Below, piece after piece: positions 1 through 18,616 of a stretch of DNA of 64,000 nt. Source of the DNA: a phage. Made by a program: the position numbers and the translations under genes. Position 1 is the first letter of the stretch. Every line of letters starts with the position of its first letter. The notes under the pieces were generated by a model, which saw only the letters and a list, made by a program, of their open reading frames with translations, made no database searches and was not told the origin of the DNA. The stretch is taken from sequence record PZ338877.1; one strand, 5' to 3'.

Positions 1-156
1 ACAACAAGTAATAAAATTGTAAAAGACCACTTTATCCAAGAGCTTTACCACAATCTTGATGGTGTAGATGTTCAGGCTGTTTGGTTGGATGTTGATGGTC
101 ACAACTACACAAGTTTCGTTTTCAAAAATGATGACATCAAGTGTCTGTTCCCATAA
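1..156 (+). CDS. hypothetical protein, 3' fragment (start lies upstream of window)
   Basis: Reading frame open from window edge to TAA near 154-156; next gene starts 13 nt later. Confidence 0.3.
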   Translation, partial: TTSNKIVKDHFIQELYHNLDGVDVQAVWLDVDGHNYTSFVFKNDDIKCLFP

Positions 157-169
157 TAGGTGATTAGTT

Positions 170-685
170 ATGATTGATATCTTCTTACAAGATGCTCATG
201 CAGATTTCCTTAAAGAGATGCTTAAAAAGTTTATGGCTTCACAGTATGAGAATGAAGCATCTTTTAAAATAGTTACGTGTGGCGACGAAGCTGGTTTTGT
301 TGAGATTGAACATGAAGGTACTGGAAAGACTGTTTGCAAGTTACCTGATAGTATGTTCTCTAATACATTCTTAACAAAGACTAGTATCAATGTTAAGCTG
401 GTTCCACAGATTGAAACATACTCTGGTACAGATTATCCTAAAGGCTTTAAATCACTGATGAAGCACTTCTTAGATGATTTCGTAAGTAATCTTATTAGTG
501 AGGTAACAGAAAGCCGTACAATATTAACTGTAGAGAACATCGGAGGAACTATCAGGATTACTTCTGACCGCTACTCTATGAGCCTCTTCGACTTCGTTCC
601 TAAGAACTTTGATGGTATTCTGGATGAAGAAGATGACTGTGTAGACTTTATATTGGTTCTTGAGCCAGTTTTTGAGGTTAAATAA
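170..685 (+). CDS. hypothetical protein
   Basis: 171-aa ORF with AGGTGA-like RBS before ATG; abuts next gene. Confidence 0.6.
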   Translation: MIDIFLQDAHADFLKEMLKKFMASQYENEASFKIVTCGDEAGFVEIEHEGTGKTVCKLPDSMFSNTFLTKTSINVKLVPQIETYSGTDYPKGFKSLMKHFLDDFVSNLISEVTESRTILTVENIGGTIRITSDRYSMSLFDFVPKNFDGILDEEDDCVDFILVLEPVFEVK

Positions 686-946
686 ATGAAAATTGAACAC
701 TGCTATGAGTCTGATGGAACACCTATCCGTTGTCCACATTGTGGATGTACAGACTTGCAAGGTGAAGTTCATGTGATTGTTAATGGTCATATAGCTGAAG
801 AAAGTACTACATGTGTTGGTTGTGGTGAGCATCTATCATTCTGGGCTTATGGTTCATACCAACCTACACCACACTTAATCTACCATAGTAATAAAGCTGT
901 GAAGAATGTTATCAACTGGTTCATTAAGAAAGGATTTATAAAATGA
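686..946 (+). CDS. small zinc-ribbon-like protein
   Basis: 86 aa with CPHCGC and CVGCGE Cys pairs; start abuts previous stop, 4-nt overlap with frd. Confidence 0.5.
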   Translation: MKIEHCYESDGTPIRCPHCGCTDLQGEVHVIVNGHIAEESTTCVGCGEHLSFWAYGSYQPTPHLIYHSNKAVKNVINWFIKKGFIK

Positions 947-1488
947 TTAAACTAATTTTTGCAAGTGGTGAAAATGGGGAGTTTGGTACTCCAACTGGTA
1001 TGCCGTGGCCTCGACATAAACAGGACATGCAAGAGTTTAAGAGGCTCACTAAAAATAACTTAGTAGTGATGGGTAATGAGACTTTTAAGACTCTGGGGAG
1101 TAAACCTTTACCAGAACGTGCAAACCTCATCTTAACAAACTCTGTACCATACTTAGGCATAGACTTTGGCAAAGATGAAGTAATGTATGCTAAAGCCAGC
1201 AAAGAATCCTTTGGAGCATTTTTGAAGTATCTTGATAGCTCTATTGATGAAGATGTCTTTGTAATTGGTGGTGCAGGTGTCCTTGTCGATGCTTTACCGT
1301 ATGCTGATGTAGTGTTCCATACAGTTTTCCATAAAGTTACTGAAGAGGCCACTGTACATTTACCTTTTGAAAACTTCTTTGAGAAGTTGTATGATAACCG
1401 TGTATTTACAAAGGTACAGTCAAAACCATCAGAGGATGGTAAAGCAACTTTTGAAATTTATGTTCCACAAGTAAAAGGACAATTTTGA
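943..1488 (+). CDS. frd: dihydrofolate reductase
   Basis: 181 aa; DHFR-like N-terminus (LIxA...G.PW), VIGG motif; immediately upstream of thymidylate synthase as in T4-type frd-td. Confidence 0.85.
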   Translation: MIKLIFASGENGEFGTPTGMPWPRHKQDMQEFKRLTKNNLVVMGNETFKTLGSKPLPERANLILTNSVPYLGIDFGKDEVMYAKASKESFGAFLKYLDSSIDEDVFVIGGAGVLVDALPYADVVFHTVFHKVTEEATVHLPFENFFEKLYDNRVFTKVQSKPSEDGKATFEIYVPQVKGQF

Positions 1489-1489
1489 T

Positions 1490-2389
1490 ATGTCACAAGC
1501 AGATTCGAGTTACAAAAATATCCTGAACCATGTTTTGTCAGTTGGTGAACTGCGTACTACACGAACTGGAGATGTTATCTCTGCATTTGCTCCACCTCAG
1601 TTTCGTTTTGATATGCGAACTGGTTTCCCGCTCTTAACATCTAAACAGGTGTTTACACGGCAAGTTATTGGGGAAGCTTTATGGTTCCTGAATGGTGAGA
1701 ATAAGCTGGGTGAACTCCGTTACCGCACTTGGGGTGAAAATGATGGAGAACGTTGGACTATCTGGTCAGATGATTTTAAACGCTGGTTAAGCTCTAATTA
1801 TTCTTCTGAACAGGATTGGTTAGAGGATGCAGGTGGAAGAATCTACGGAGTTCAGTGGAGAAACTTTGAAGGTCATAATGGTTGTGTTGTAGACCAGTTA
1901 GAAACCTTAGTAACAAAGATGAAGGGTGATATCACAGACCGTTACATGCTAGTTAATGCTTGGAATGCAGCAGATATTGCAGCAAACTCAATGGCTTTAG
2001 CACCTTGTCATGTTCTGTTTCAGATTTATATCACTAATGAAGGTGAAGTTGACTTACAATGGTATCAGCGTTCAGTAGACACCTTTTTAGGACTTCCGTT
2101 TAATATTGCATCTTATGGTTTTATTCTGGAAGTTCTTTGTAAGATGACTGGATACACTCCACGGTACTTGATAGGTGTCTTTGGAGATACTCAGATTTAT
2201 CAGAACCATATGAAGCAGGTTTATGAACTGATGAGCAATGAAGAGTTCCATGCACCTACTTTTGAGATTGGTCTACAACTTAATACTTTAAGTGACCTGA
2301 AACATCTCACTGCAAGTGACTTTATTGGTGGCATTATCAACTACCAACATGCAGGGAAGATTGAAGCACCTTTGTCAGTAGGTAAATAA
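1490..2389 (+). CDS. td: thymidylate synthase
   Basis: 299 aa; conserved ThyA blocks including catalytic Cys region LAPCHVLFQIY and QRSVDTFLGLPFNIASY. Confidence 0.9.
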   Translation: MSQADSSYKNILNHVLSVGELRTTRTGDVISAFAPPQFRFDMRTGFPLLTSKQVFTRQVIGEALWFLNGENKLGELRYRTWGENDGERWTIWSDDFKRWLSSNYSSEQDWLEDAGGRIYGVQWRNFEGHNGCVVDQLETLVTKMKGDITDRYMLVNAWNAADIAANSMALAPCHVLFQIYITNEGEVDLQWYQRSVDTFLGLPFNIASYGFILEVLCKMTGYTPRYLIGVFGDTQIYQNHMKQVYELMSNEEFHAPTFEIGLQLNTLSDLKHLTASDFIGGIINYQHAGKIEAPLSVGK

Positions 2390-2395
2390 AACAAA

Positions 2396-2421
2396 AAAGG
2401 CTCCCGTAAGAAGGAGCCTTA
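2396..2421. terminator. hairpin terminator between convergent genes
   Basis: AAGGCTCC-loop-GGAGCCTT stem flanked by A-run on plus (T-run on minus); lies between td (+) and minus-strand gene. Confidence 0.55.
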
Positions 2422-2425
2422 AACT

Positions 2426-2797
2426 TTACTTTTCAGTATTCTTTGTGTTCTTCTCAGTAATAGCTTGGAGGGCTGATACTGATTGAGCCAGATTGTTAAC
2501 ACTATCAGAGAATTTATCAAGAGTCTTAGTAAGTTTTGCGTTCTCACCCTTAACATTCTCTAACTGGACTTTCTGGTTCTCCATCCCTAGCTGAAGCAGC
2601 CTCATATCAGACTGTAAATCACGAATAGCTGAATAATTACTTTTGGAATAATTATCTAACTGCTGTAACTTTGTTGTGATAGACACTTCTTGCTTACCAT
2701 CCGAGACTTGCATGGTGGTATACATCCCAATAACACTAAAAATACCAACTACAATTGCACCAATATTATTTTTAAAAGCTTCCTCTAGCCACTTCAT
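2426..2797 (-). CDS. membrane-anchored coiled-coil protein (spanin-like or tail-fiber-associated)
   Basis: 123 aa; N-terminal hydrophobic helix then heptad-like coiled-coil; 4-nt overlap with upstream ORF. Confidence 0.45.
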   Translation of the reverse strand: MKWLEEAFKNNIGAIVVGIFSVIGMYTTMQVSDGKQEVSITTKLQQLDNYSKSNYSAIRDLQSDMRLLQLGMENQKVQLENVKGENAKLTKTLDKFSDSVNNLAQSVSALQAITEKNTKNTEK

Positions 2798-2991
2798 TTA
2801 TTCTCCCCCTTAAAAGCTTTTTCTAAGTTATCTACGAACTCATCATCAATAGGTGTGTCTGTCTTACTCGCAAGGTATCTTGCAAGCCTAAAGAACACTT
2901 TCTCAATCATGTATTCACTTAGAAGGGATAAAATGAGTTTCCAGAAGAAGCTACCTAGATTTTTTAGAAGAATTGCTAGGATTGTAGGCAT
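2794..2991 (-). CDS. small membrane protein (holin-like?)
   Basis: 65 aa; hydrophobic N-terminus, charged C-terminus; GAGGTGA RBS. Confidence 0.4.
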   Translation of the reverse strand: MPTILAILLKNLGSFFWKLILSLLSEYMIEKVFFRLARYLASKTDTPIDDEFVDNLEKAFKGENK

Positions 2992-3070
2992 TTAATCACC
3001 TCATCAGCCAAGATGGTGAGAATACCCATAAAGAATATTAACACCATCTTAACAATCAGTCAATAAGGGA

Positions 3071-5416
3071 TTAAGCAGTTCTTACCCAAGCCATTAACTT
3101 GTAGAACTGGTTAGTAACACTAAATGCTGAACCAGAACCTGTACCCCCAGTGTTACCACTTACTGTGTGACTGTGAGCACCAATACCAACTGAGTGAGCG
3201 TGGTTACCAGCAGACGCAGCAGTACCACTTACAGAGTGGGTGTGAGCACCGTTAGCATCAGTGTAACCCGGCCCTGAACCAACGTATGCACCACCACCAC
3301 CAGAATAGTGCTGTGAGTTCTGACCAATCCACGAAATAGAGTGGTTGTGGTTACCAGCAGATGAAGTAGAGCCACTTACAGAGTGACTGTGAGCACCAGT
3401 TGTGTTAGTGTTTTTTGTTCCGTAGTCAAAAGATGAAGTGGTAGCAGAAAAACTGTGAGTGTGTGAAGGCAAGTTCCCAACAGCTAACGTCACAGAGTCT
3501 GAACCACCAGTTGTAGCAACATCTGAACCGTTTGCTGCTGCAATTCTGATAGTTCTACCAACACCATTGTTGAGGTACGTCCAAGTTAGACCAGGCAGTG
3601 CTGTATTAGGGTCAACATTACTGTTAAACCATGTCACAATACCCACTGGATAGATTTTATTAAGGTCTGTAGAATCACTTACTGCCTGTGCAATCTTCTG
3701 GTCAGTTTCAGTTTTAGTGTATGCACCAAGCTCTGAAGGGGTTGGTTTAAATGCCGTTGAATACAACTGTGCAGTTCCAACATATTCTCCATCTGACCCA
3801 TAAGCATATGTGAAGACATCAAGACCTTTAGACCCATATGTAAAAGAAATACCTCTAGCATGAGCAATACCAGCAGAATGTGCTACATGGATGGCTAAAT
3901 CTTTCATACCCTGCTCAATATCGTTGTTTCTTACAAACCCTGAATAGTCTTTATTGAATGATGCTGTGTCATCCAACCTATTAGTTGTCCTTACCATTAA
4001 AGATTGGTTTAACAGTTTTGTTTTTAAGAAATATCTAGCATCAATGTTAGTCCAATCTGAAGGCTGAACTTGACCAATGATTTTCACATTTTTATTCAAC
4101 AAGAAAACATCTTGCATATAAATCGTAGTTGCAGTGCTGCTGTTATGGATAATAAGTCTTTCTGGGTTGGATGATTCCCCATTCCCAATGTACCACCTTC
4201 TAACACCATCAGCATTATGACCAGCAAAGTATAGCTCTCCGTCTTGTGTAGTATTCTTTAGCTGTAACAATGAGCCATTCTGATTAATAATCTGTGCAGA
4301 CCTGAAAGTGTTCACATCACTTAACTTAGCAAGATTACTCAAAGTTCCTGCTGGGATGTATCTAGCGTCAATGTTAGTCCAATCTGAAGGCTGAACTTGA
4401 CCAGTGATTTTCACAGTCTTAGTAGTGGTAATCACATTTGACAAAGAGATAGTTGTACTCGTGGTGTAGTTATGTAGGTTGACTACAGAATCAGAGTTAT
4501 CAGTCCCTAAGTAGAACTTGTTTGTCCCATCAGCTTTCTGACCAAGCAGGTATAGCCCAGTTGCATCAGAGGCATTTTTAATAACTAGCACAGCATTATC
4601 TCTAGTGATATTGAACTCTCCTACAAAATTATTAATACCCCTGAAGGTGTTATTACCAACTAGCTGTGCAAATCTCTGATTAGCTGCCGTCTGTGTGAAG
4701 TATCTAGCATCTAAGTTAGACCAATCAGAAGGTTGAACTTGACCAGTAATCTGGAGAGACTTGTTCACAGTGATTAAGCTATCCAAAATAGCTACATATG
4801 CACCAGATTTAACATTTTTTAAAACAAGATTGTCTGTACCTTTGTTATCATTACCTAGATACCACCTGTTAGTACCATCTGCATCTTGACCGCGAATATA
4901 CAGCGGCATTCCTTGTGTAATATTCTTAACAATAATAGTTTCATTATCAGATAGAATATTTTGAGTACCTCTAAAGGTGTTACTTGCAGCCAATCTTGAG
5001 TATCTTGCATCATTCTCTTCATTAGTTCTCATCCCAAGCTCATTAGGGCTTGGCTTATTCAGAGTATGATAAACAGTTGCCGACCTTGAAGCATCTGCAA
5101 TAGTTAGTTTAAGGCCATTTGCGTTAATTTTAAAAGTCTTTAAAACATCCCCGATATTAATCTCAGAAGAGCCTGTTGGGTCAAAGACTGCCTTACCACC
5201 ATAAAGTAACTTAACAATCCCTAAGTCACCCGTCATAGTACTACCAGCAATCTGGACAAATCTCTCAAGCTTAAAAGACGCTAAGAAGTCTTGATAGGTC
5301 ATTCGACGGTCTTCATCACCTAGCATTTCAGGTCTCTTTTTAACCCTGACATGGAGAAGGTCGTCTGAACGAATTGTATCAATTGAGTTTAATTCACTCA
5401 ACTTGTAATCTGCCAT
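3071..5416 (-). CDS. tail fiber protein (long, distal; lambda Stf / T4 gp37-like tip)
   Basis: Track ORF 3071-5566 trimmed to internal Met51 (AAGAGGA RBS; avoids 104-nt overlap with upstream gene); three internal repeats containing QPSDW(T/S)N(I/L)DARY; C-terminal His-x-His motifs and SFDYGTK repeat. Confidence 0.8.
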   Translation of the reverse strand: MADYKLSELNSIDTIRSDDLLHVRVKKRPEMLGDEDRRMTYQDFLASFKLERFVQIAGSTMTGDLGIVKLLYGGKAVFDPTGSSEINIGDVLKTFKINANGLKLTIADASRSATVYHTLNKPSPNELGMRTNEENDARYSRLAASNTFRGTQNILSDNETIIVKNITQGMPLYIRGQDADGTNRWYLGNDNKGTDNLVLKNVKSGAYVAILDSLITVNKSLQITGQVQPSDWSNLDARYFTQTAANQRFAQLVGNNTFRGINNFVGEFNITRDNAVLVIKNASDATGLYLLGQKADGTNKFYLGTDNSDSVVNLHNYTTSTTISLSNVITTTKTVKITGQVQPSDWTNIDARYIPAGTLSNLAKLSDVNTFRSAQIINQNGSLLQLKNTTQDGELYFAGHNADGVRRWYIGNGESSNPERLIIHNSSTATTIYMQDVFLLNKNVKIIGQVQPSDWTNIDARYFLKTKLLNQSLMVRTTNRLDDTASFNKDYSGFVRNNDIEQGMKDLAIHVAHSAGIAHARGISFTYGSKGLDVFTYAYGSDGEYVGTAQLYSTAFKPTPSELGAYTKTETDQKIAQAVSDSTDLNKIYPVGIVTWFNSNVDPNTALPGLTWTYLNNGVGRTIRIAAANGSDVATTGGSDSVTLAVGNLPSHTHSFSATTSSFDYGTKNTNTTGAHSHSVSGSTSSAGNHNHSISWIGQNSQHYSGGGGAYVGSGPGYTDANGAHTHSVSGTAASAGNHAHSVGIGAHSHTVSGNTGGTGSGSAFSVTNQFYKLMAWVRTA

Positions 5417-5429
5417 TATAAATTTTCCT

Positions 5430-5451
5430 CTTAAAAGGGGCTTTATAGCCC
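5430..5451 (-). promoter_or_regulatory. intergenic stem-loop between the two tail fiber genes
   Basis: GGGGCT-loop-AGCCCC hairpin in the 46-nt spacer; same hairpin family recurs elsewhere in window. Confidence 0.4.
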
Positions 5452-5462
5452 CTGTAAAGAAA

Positions 5463-6611
5463 TTAAGCTGTTCTCTGCCATACATACAATACGAAGGATG
5501 GCTGTTCAACACTAAATGCTTGACCAGAACCAGTTGTACCAGTTGTACCAGAGTGTGAATGCTCACCTGCTCCGGTTACTGTTACTGTTGCTGAGTGGTT
5601 GTGGGAACCAATTGCAACAGTATGGCTGTGAGCACCAATACCAACCGTGTGATTATGCGCACCAATTGCTACAGAGTGAGTGTGGTTGTTAGCTGTTGTC
5701 AATGTAGCTCTTGGGTCATAGCTTGCCCCCTCAACCGATAAACCTCTCCAGCCACCATCAGCATAGCCACGGTTAATGAATGTTGTTTGTGTTAAACCAG
5801 CAGAACTTGTTGTTCTGTTGCCATAGTCATAAGTAGATACGGTCTTGGTTCCGTAGTCAAACGTGGTAGTTCCTTTAGTACCATAATCAAAAGCACTGAT
5901 AGAGGCCGTTGCACCATGAGTGTGACCACCACCAGTGACGTACACTGAGTGGGTATGTGCAGGGATGTTATTAACCGTCAGTGCAGTAGTCTGTGAACCA
6001 AACGTTGAACCAACTGGCCTAGAATCACTATCATAACCTACAAGTGCTCTCCCTTTTGAGACTAACTCCCAAGTACCTCCACAAATTAAATATGTAGAGG
6101 GGTTTGCAGGATTCATAGAGAGATGGATAGTACCTACTGGATAAGAAGCCTGAACAGCCTTGTACAAGTTATTTACTGCTCTTGCTGTAGCATACTTATC
6201 TGCATCTTCATTATAAAGGTTAGATGTTGTCCAGTTCTGGACATTACTTAAACCAACCTGTGCCTTAGTTGTATTGTGTGGGTTGCTCTTGTCATTAATA
6301 TGCTCTTGAATAAGGCTATTAACCTCTTCTGAAGACATAATCTGGAGATTTTTTCTTGCCTCAGCTACATTAACAATATCTGATAAGTTATTTGCAGCGA
6401 CTAACTGAAGAGCATTAATAACATTATCTAAACCAATTTGTGTCTTAGTAACACCATGAGGGTTATTTCTTAGGCTTGAGTGTGGAGCAAGTAATTGCTC
6501 AAGAGTACATCTCTTATCCTCAATACCCTGCTTAAGATGGAAGATATCACTAAGGTCAATTGGTAAGGCTGCTTGAGGCAAGGCACTAATTTGAATTTCA
6601 CCTACTGCCAT
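5463..6611 (-). CDS. tail fiber protein (paralog with His-rich C-terminal tip)
   Basis: 382 aa; NPH..TK.Q.GL.NV fibre repeats at N-terminus; C-terminus with FDYGTK x3 and HxH array ending ...W(Q/V)RTA like the neighbouring fiber. Confidence 0.75.
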   Translation of the reverse strand: MAVGEIQISALPQAALPIDLSDIFHLKQGIEDKRCTLEQLLAPHSSLRNNPHGVTKTQIGLDNVINALQLVAANNLSDIVNVAEARKNLQIMSSEEVNSLIQEHINDKSNPHNTTKAQVGLSNVQNWTTSNLYNEDADKYATARAVNNLYKAVQASYPVGTIHLSMNPANPSTYLICGGTWELVSKGRALVGYDSDSRPVGSTFGSQTTALTVNNIPAHTHSVYVTGGGHTHGATASISAFDYGTKGTTTFDYGTKTVSTYDYGNRTTSSAGLTQTTFINRGYADGGWRGLSVEGASYDPRATLTTANNHTHSVAIGAHNHTVGIGAHSHTVAIGSHNHSATVTVTGAGEHSHSGTTGTTGSGQAFSVEQPSFVLYVWQRTA

Positions 6612-6613
6612 TA

Positions 6614-14632
<8,019 letters not shown>

Positions 14633-14633
<1 letters not shown>

Positions 14634-14872
14634 TACATTTTTCCTGCTCTTCTAAGTTCGTTGTAAGCAATTTCCTCTTTATACGACCTCTGAATTTCAA
14701 GAAATTGTCTCAATGATAATAAATCAGAGAATGTCATAGCAAAGAGTTGGTCAAGTGTTTCTTTACACCCTTCCATACCATAAATAGCAAGCACAAATTT
14801 CATCTCGTCTGCTTCTTCATAGGTTGCCTCTACAGCAGCATCAGTCAGTGGTGTCTGTAGAGTGTTACCCAT
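14633..14872 (-). CDS. tail assembly chaperone (distal ORF of pair)
   Basis: 79 aa directly upstream of tape measure. Confidence 0.45.
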
Positions 14873-14874
14873 GT

Positions 14875-15273
14875 TTACTGAGAAGTTAGGCTTTTGAAAA
14901 TGCTTGCTTCGAAAAAACTTCCGAAGTTTGCCTCCAGCGCAAATGCTAAGTAATCAATAAATTCACCATAGTTTGCTTGGAAGTATGTATCAATATTGAG
15001 TGGGAAGTCATCAACAGTTGCCCCTTGAAATAGCAGGGTAGCCATTTCTTCTAGGTTAATTTCCTCAATTCTGTCAAAACAAGCTTCAACAAGTTCTTTA
15101 AATGGAACCATTGGAGCTTCTTTCTTATCTTTATCCGTCAGACTTGATAGCATCTGTGCAAATGTTGGAACAACAATTTTACCCAACTTCATAGACATCT
15201 TAATACCGTCTCTTGCCCCAAGCAGAATGATATTTACTTTCTTACCATTAATTACTCTAGATTCTGTTTTCAT
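14875..15273 (-). CDS. tail assembly chaperone
   Basis: 132 aa; between tube and tape measure. Confidence 0.45.
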   Translation of the reverse strand: MKTESRVINGKKVNIILLGARDGIKMSMKLGKIVVPTFAQMLSSLTDKDKKEAPMVPFKELVEACFDRIEEINLEEMATLLFQGATVDDFPLNIDTYFQANYGEFIDYLAFALEANFGSFFEASIFKSLTSQ

Positions 15274-15346
15274 TGTGATTCCTTAATACTTTTAAAAGAA
15301 ACAAAAAAGGGGAAGACCTTTTAAAGTCTCCCCCTTATAGGATTTA

Positions 15347-15793
15347 TTAAACACTTGACGCTGGAATTGTAGAAGTGTAGTCTAGCTTCTCACAACCAAA
15401 AATCCAAGTTTTAGAGTTCTGGTCACGACCAAGTTCAATCTGTGGCAATTCCTGCAACCAAGCATTAATACCAGTTGCCAGAACAGAGCCTGATGGGTCG
15501 TAGATTACGAAGTTAGAAGAGATATCTTCTTCAAGTTCCATATTGTCTTGTTTAGCTTGAATTGCAGAAAGCATCTGGTTAGAGAGAGAAGTCTGCATTA
15601 GCTCAATCTCAATAGTACCTGTCTTGTCTGCATTTCTTGTCAGAGCAACTTGACCACCTGCACCTACAACTGGTGTAATAAGTGGTGATGTTCTCTGTAG
15701 ACGTAAGAATGAGTCTGGGGCAAAGCCTTCAATAGCAATGCCGTTCCAGCTACATACAACGTCTTTAGGGGAATATTGCTGATACATAGCCAT
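15347..15793 (-). CDS. tail tube protein
   Basis: 148 aa immediately downstream of sheath gene. Confidence 0.55.
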   Translation of the reverse strand: MAMYQQYSPKDVVCSWNGIAIEGFAPDSFLRLQRTSPLITPVVGAGGQVALTRNADKTGTIEIELMQTSLSNQMLSAIQAKQDNMELEEDISSNFVIYDPSGSVLATGINAWLQELPQIELGRDQNSKTWIFGCEKLDYTSTIPASSV

Positions 15794-15808
15794 TCCAATT
15801 TACCTCTA

Positions 15809-17161
15809 TTATTCGTAAGCCACTGTACCTTTCAAGTCAACATCCAAGATAGCACCTGCTAAGATACCTGCGAAGGTAACGTCTTTCAGGATACGAGCTT
15901 TCTTGTCTGCCAAAGCAACTTGAGAGGCTTTAGGAACATTAACTGTGTAAGATGACAGGAAGTTTCTGTTAACTGCTCTTTGTAGAGAGGTTTCAATGAC
16001 TTGACGAATACGGGTAATACCAGTATCATCATAAGTAATCTTACCACCCTTCTGATTAATTAGCAAGTCTCTCAGAGAAGTTTTCAGGTCTGATTCTAAC
16101 CAGTCAACACCACGGATGATGTCAATCCATTCCCCACCAGAAGTAATCCCTCTACGAACCACTGGAACACCACCATCAAGGTCAATAAAGTTACAGTGAC
16201 GTGCATCTAAAGCAGACTTCTGAATACTTGTCAGAGGTCTCTGATTAGATGGCTGTAGAGAAGCAGTTACACCAGTTAACTGCGCATTACCCCAAGCAAT
16301 TGAACCTGCATCATATGGAGCACCATAAGCAATGTATGCCATCTCTGGATAATCTTCTGCCGCTGTGTGATGCCACAAACAAACTGTACGAGTGTACATA
16401 TTCTTAGCAAGCTGTGCTGGGACATCATTTGCACTAGCCAATTCTGTACCTTGTAGTGCTGCTACATCAGAGTTAGCCGTGAAGAAGACTTTCTTACGAG
16501 CCTGAATCTCGGAAGCCATTGCTAAGACAAACTGTTGAGTTCTATCTTCTGCTGCAATGAAATACCAGTCGGTAGAGTAAGTTTCGATGGCTGCCAGAGC
16601 AGTTGATGCTGTATCAGCAGTTGTACTTGCAACATATACAGTCTGTGCTGTAGTTGTTACTTTCACAAAGTCATTATCACCAGCTTTGGTAATAATCATT
16701 GTGGCAGAACCATTGCTACCAGTTACGTTCACAGAAACCTTATCTTTGATTGTTGGGTCAGCTTCAATCTGTGTTTTAAACTGTTGCAACACGTTTTCAG
16801 CAGTGTCTTCAGATTGTGCTGTATACTGATATGGTTGAGAAATTCCACCGCCAGCAGCTACAGTAATTGAGTAGTCTGTACTTTCAGTAACGGCATTAGG
16901 AATTGATACAGTGTACTGCATAGCACGTCTACCAATATAAAGCTGAGTTACTTTAGGAGTCTGACTCCAAAGTTGTTTAGCAGCCTTATATGCAGCAGTA
17001 TTCTCATCGAAATCTTCAGCAACTTCAGTTAAGGAAGTGTAACCACGAACTCTTTCTTCAAAATTATCTGTTGAAGCTAAGAATAGTGGCAAACCAAAAC
17101 CTTCTCTTGTAGTTCCTGCGGTGTTCAATGTAATATCTACATTAACAATTGGATTCCACAT
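15809..17161 (-). CDS. tail sheath protein
   Basis: 450 aa; size and position (sheath-tube-chaperones-TMP order). Confidence 0.6.
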   Translation of the reverse strand: MWNPIVNVDITLNTAGTTREGFGLPLFLASTDNFEERVRGYTSLTEVAEDFDENTAAYKAAKQLWSQTPKVTQLYIGRRAMQYTVSIPNAVTESTDYSITVAAGGGISQPYQYTAQSEDTAENVLQQFKTQIEADPTIKDKVSVNVTGSNGSATMIITKAGDNDFVKVTTTAQTVYVASTTADTASTALAAIETYSTDWYFIAAEDRTQQFVLAMASEIQARKKVFFTANSDVAALQGTELASANDVPAQLAKNMYTRTVCLWHHTAAEDYPEMAYIAYGAPYDAGSIAWGNAQLTGVTASLQPSNQRPLTSIQKSALDARHCNFIDLDGGVPVVRRGITSGGEWIDIIRGVDWLESDLKTSLRDLLINQKGGKITYDDTGITRIRQVIETSLQRAVNRNFLSSYTVNVPKASQVALADKKARILKDVTFAGILAGAILDVDLKGTVAYE

Positions 17162-17761
17162 TTATTTTACCCCTTTGGAGTCTACATCTAGATGGATAGT
17201 ATATTCTGGTGGCTCTTGTCCTTCTTCATAAACCAACTCACCATCAACAATGACACGCTCAATAATACTTCCACGTTCATCTTTCAGGACTGAGTTTTTT
17301 ACAAGTGTTACAACAAGAGGTGCAGAATTTTCGAAATCTGTATTGAGATAAGTATAATCATTTGGGATTGCTCCAGTGTCTAGCACTGTAGCTCCTGTTT
17401 CTTCAAGGATTAAATCTCTGACTGAACTCATCTCTAATCGTTGTTTAAGCTCAAGCATAATACTGTGAGCACCTTTACCATTTACCGTAATCAATACAGG
17501 AATCTGAAAAGCAATTCTGTAACAAACTACATCATCCTCAACAAACTTATCAAGAACCCAACCATAAGGTGTTGCAGCATCTTGACAGTATACGGTGATA
17601 AATGGTTGGTCAGGTTTTAAACCTTTGTCATTTGAGTTATCAGAAGGGTAAGCTCTAATTACGTTTGGCCTATTATTTTTATCACGAGCTAGTCTGTGAC
17701 CAATAACATCCACTAAGGTTCTAACTAGACCTTTTTCAAGTTCTGCTGTTTCTAACTGCAT
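17162..17761 (-). CDS. neck/tail completion protein
   Basis: 199 aa; between head and tail modules. Confidence 0.4.
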   Translation of the reverse strand: MQLETAELEKGLVRTLVDVIGHRLARDKNNRPNVIRAYPSDNSNDKGLKPDQPFITVYCQDAATPYGWVLDKFVEDDVVCYRIAFQIPVLITVNGKGAHSIMLELKQRLEMSSVRDLILEETGATVLDTGAIPNDYTYLNTDFENSAPLVVTLVKNSVLKDERGSIIERVIVDGELVYEEGQEPPEYTIHLDVDSKGVK

Positions 17762-18137
17762 TCATTTTATCCCTTCTAATAATGATATATTCGTAATGGG
17801 ACGTATGGGCTAATTGTTGTGACCAATCCATAGTCATAAATACTTCATACTCATGACCATCAATCATAACAATGTCAGACTCATTCCACTCTACATCATC
17901 TGAAGTTCTAAGTTTATATGTAGTATACAGGATTCTTGTATCGGTGAGTCTAATACCTTCCGGTAAAGCAATCTGTGTACCGTTCTTTACAGAACCTTTG
18001 ATGTATGGCTGAATATTACCTTTGCAGTTAACCTCAACAATATCTTGTGAAGATACCCAATCACCATCATCATTATAATAACCGTCTTCAGAGACTTTAC
18101 GCTTTACTACAAAGCTGTGTCTGTTTAAGAGTCTCAT
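17736..18137 (-). CDS. head-tail joining protein
   Basis: 133 aa; connector region. Confidence 0.4.
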   Translation of the reverse strand: MRLLNRHSFVVKRKVSEDGYYNDDGDWVSSQDIVEVNCKGNIQPYIKGSVKNGTQIALPEGIRLTDTRILYTTYKLRTSDDVEWNESDIVMIDGHEYEVFMTMDWSQQLAHTSHYEYIIIRRDKMNAVRNSRT

Positions 18138-18616
18138 TTTTTAATACCCTTCTTAGTAGAAATTTTATAAGCAAGGTTCTCCCTTAAGTCACCTGTCTCA
18201 ACAAGAGGTGCGTTAAAACCTTTTTTCTTGACTGTGGAAGGTGCGTTAGGAGGGAGGATAGCAGAATTACCAAAACCTCTTTTAATTGCCTTTTGAGCAT
18301 TCTTTGCAAATGCTTCTAAGGTATCTGAAGGGTCTGTGTTGAGACTGCTAAGTTGCTTATATAGATTCTTCTTAGTCTGCTCTAACAAGGTCTGTCTGTT
18401 TAGCATCATAGTGATTTCAAACAACCTACGATATACTTTACCAGAAGCTGAGGGAACCCCAATAACTTCTTGTAAATACATTAAAGCAGGATAAGAAAAA
18501 CCAGAGCTATGTTGACCTTGTTCTTGAAAATACCCAACTTGAGCATTAGCCGTTTGCAAGTTCTTCATAGCCCCGACTAATTTTGCTCTAGCGGGGTGAA
18601 TAACCCTTTTAACCAT
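18134..18616 (-). CDS. head-tail connector/completion protein
   Basis: 160 aa; overlapping start/stop with neighbours. Confidence 0.4.
   Translation of the reverse strand: MVKRVIHPARAKLVGAMKNLQTANAQVGYFQEQGQHSSGFSYPALMYLQEVIGVPSASGKVYRRLFEITMMLNRQTLLEQTKKNLYKQLSSLNTDPSDTLEAFAKNAQKAIKRGFGNSAILPPNAPSTVKKKGFNAPLVETGDLRENLAYKISTKKGIKK

Noticed and set aside
2426-2797. Second i-spanin candidate next to the tail fibers
   Set aside because: It has TM plus coiled-coil architecture but no partner lipoprotein gene; the overlapped pair at 52194-52704 is the better spanin candidate, so this is kept as a membrane coiled-coil protein
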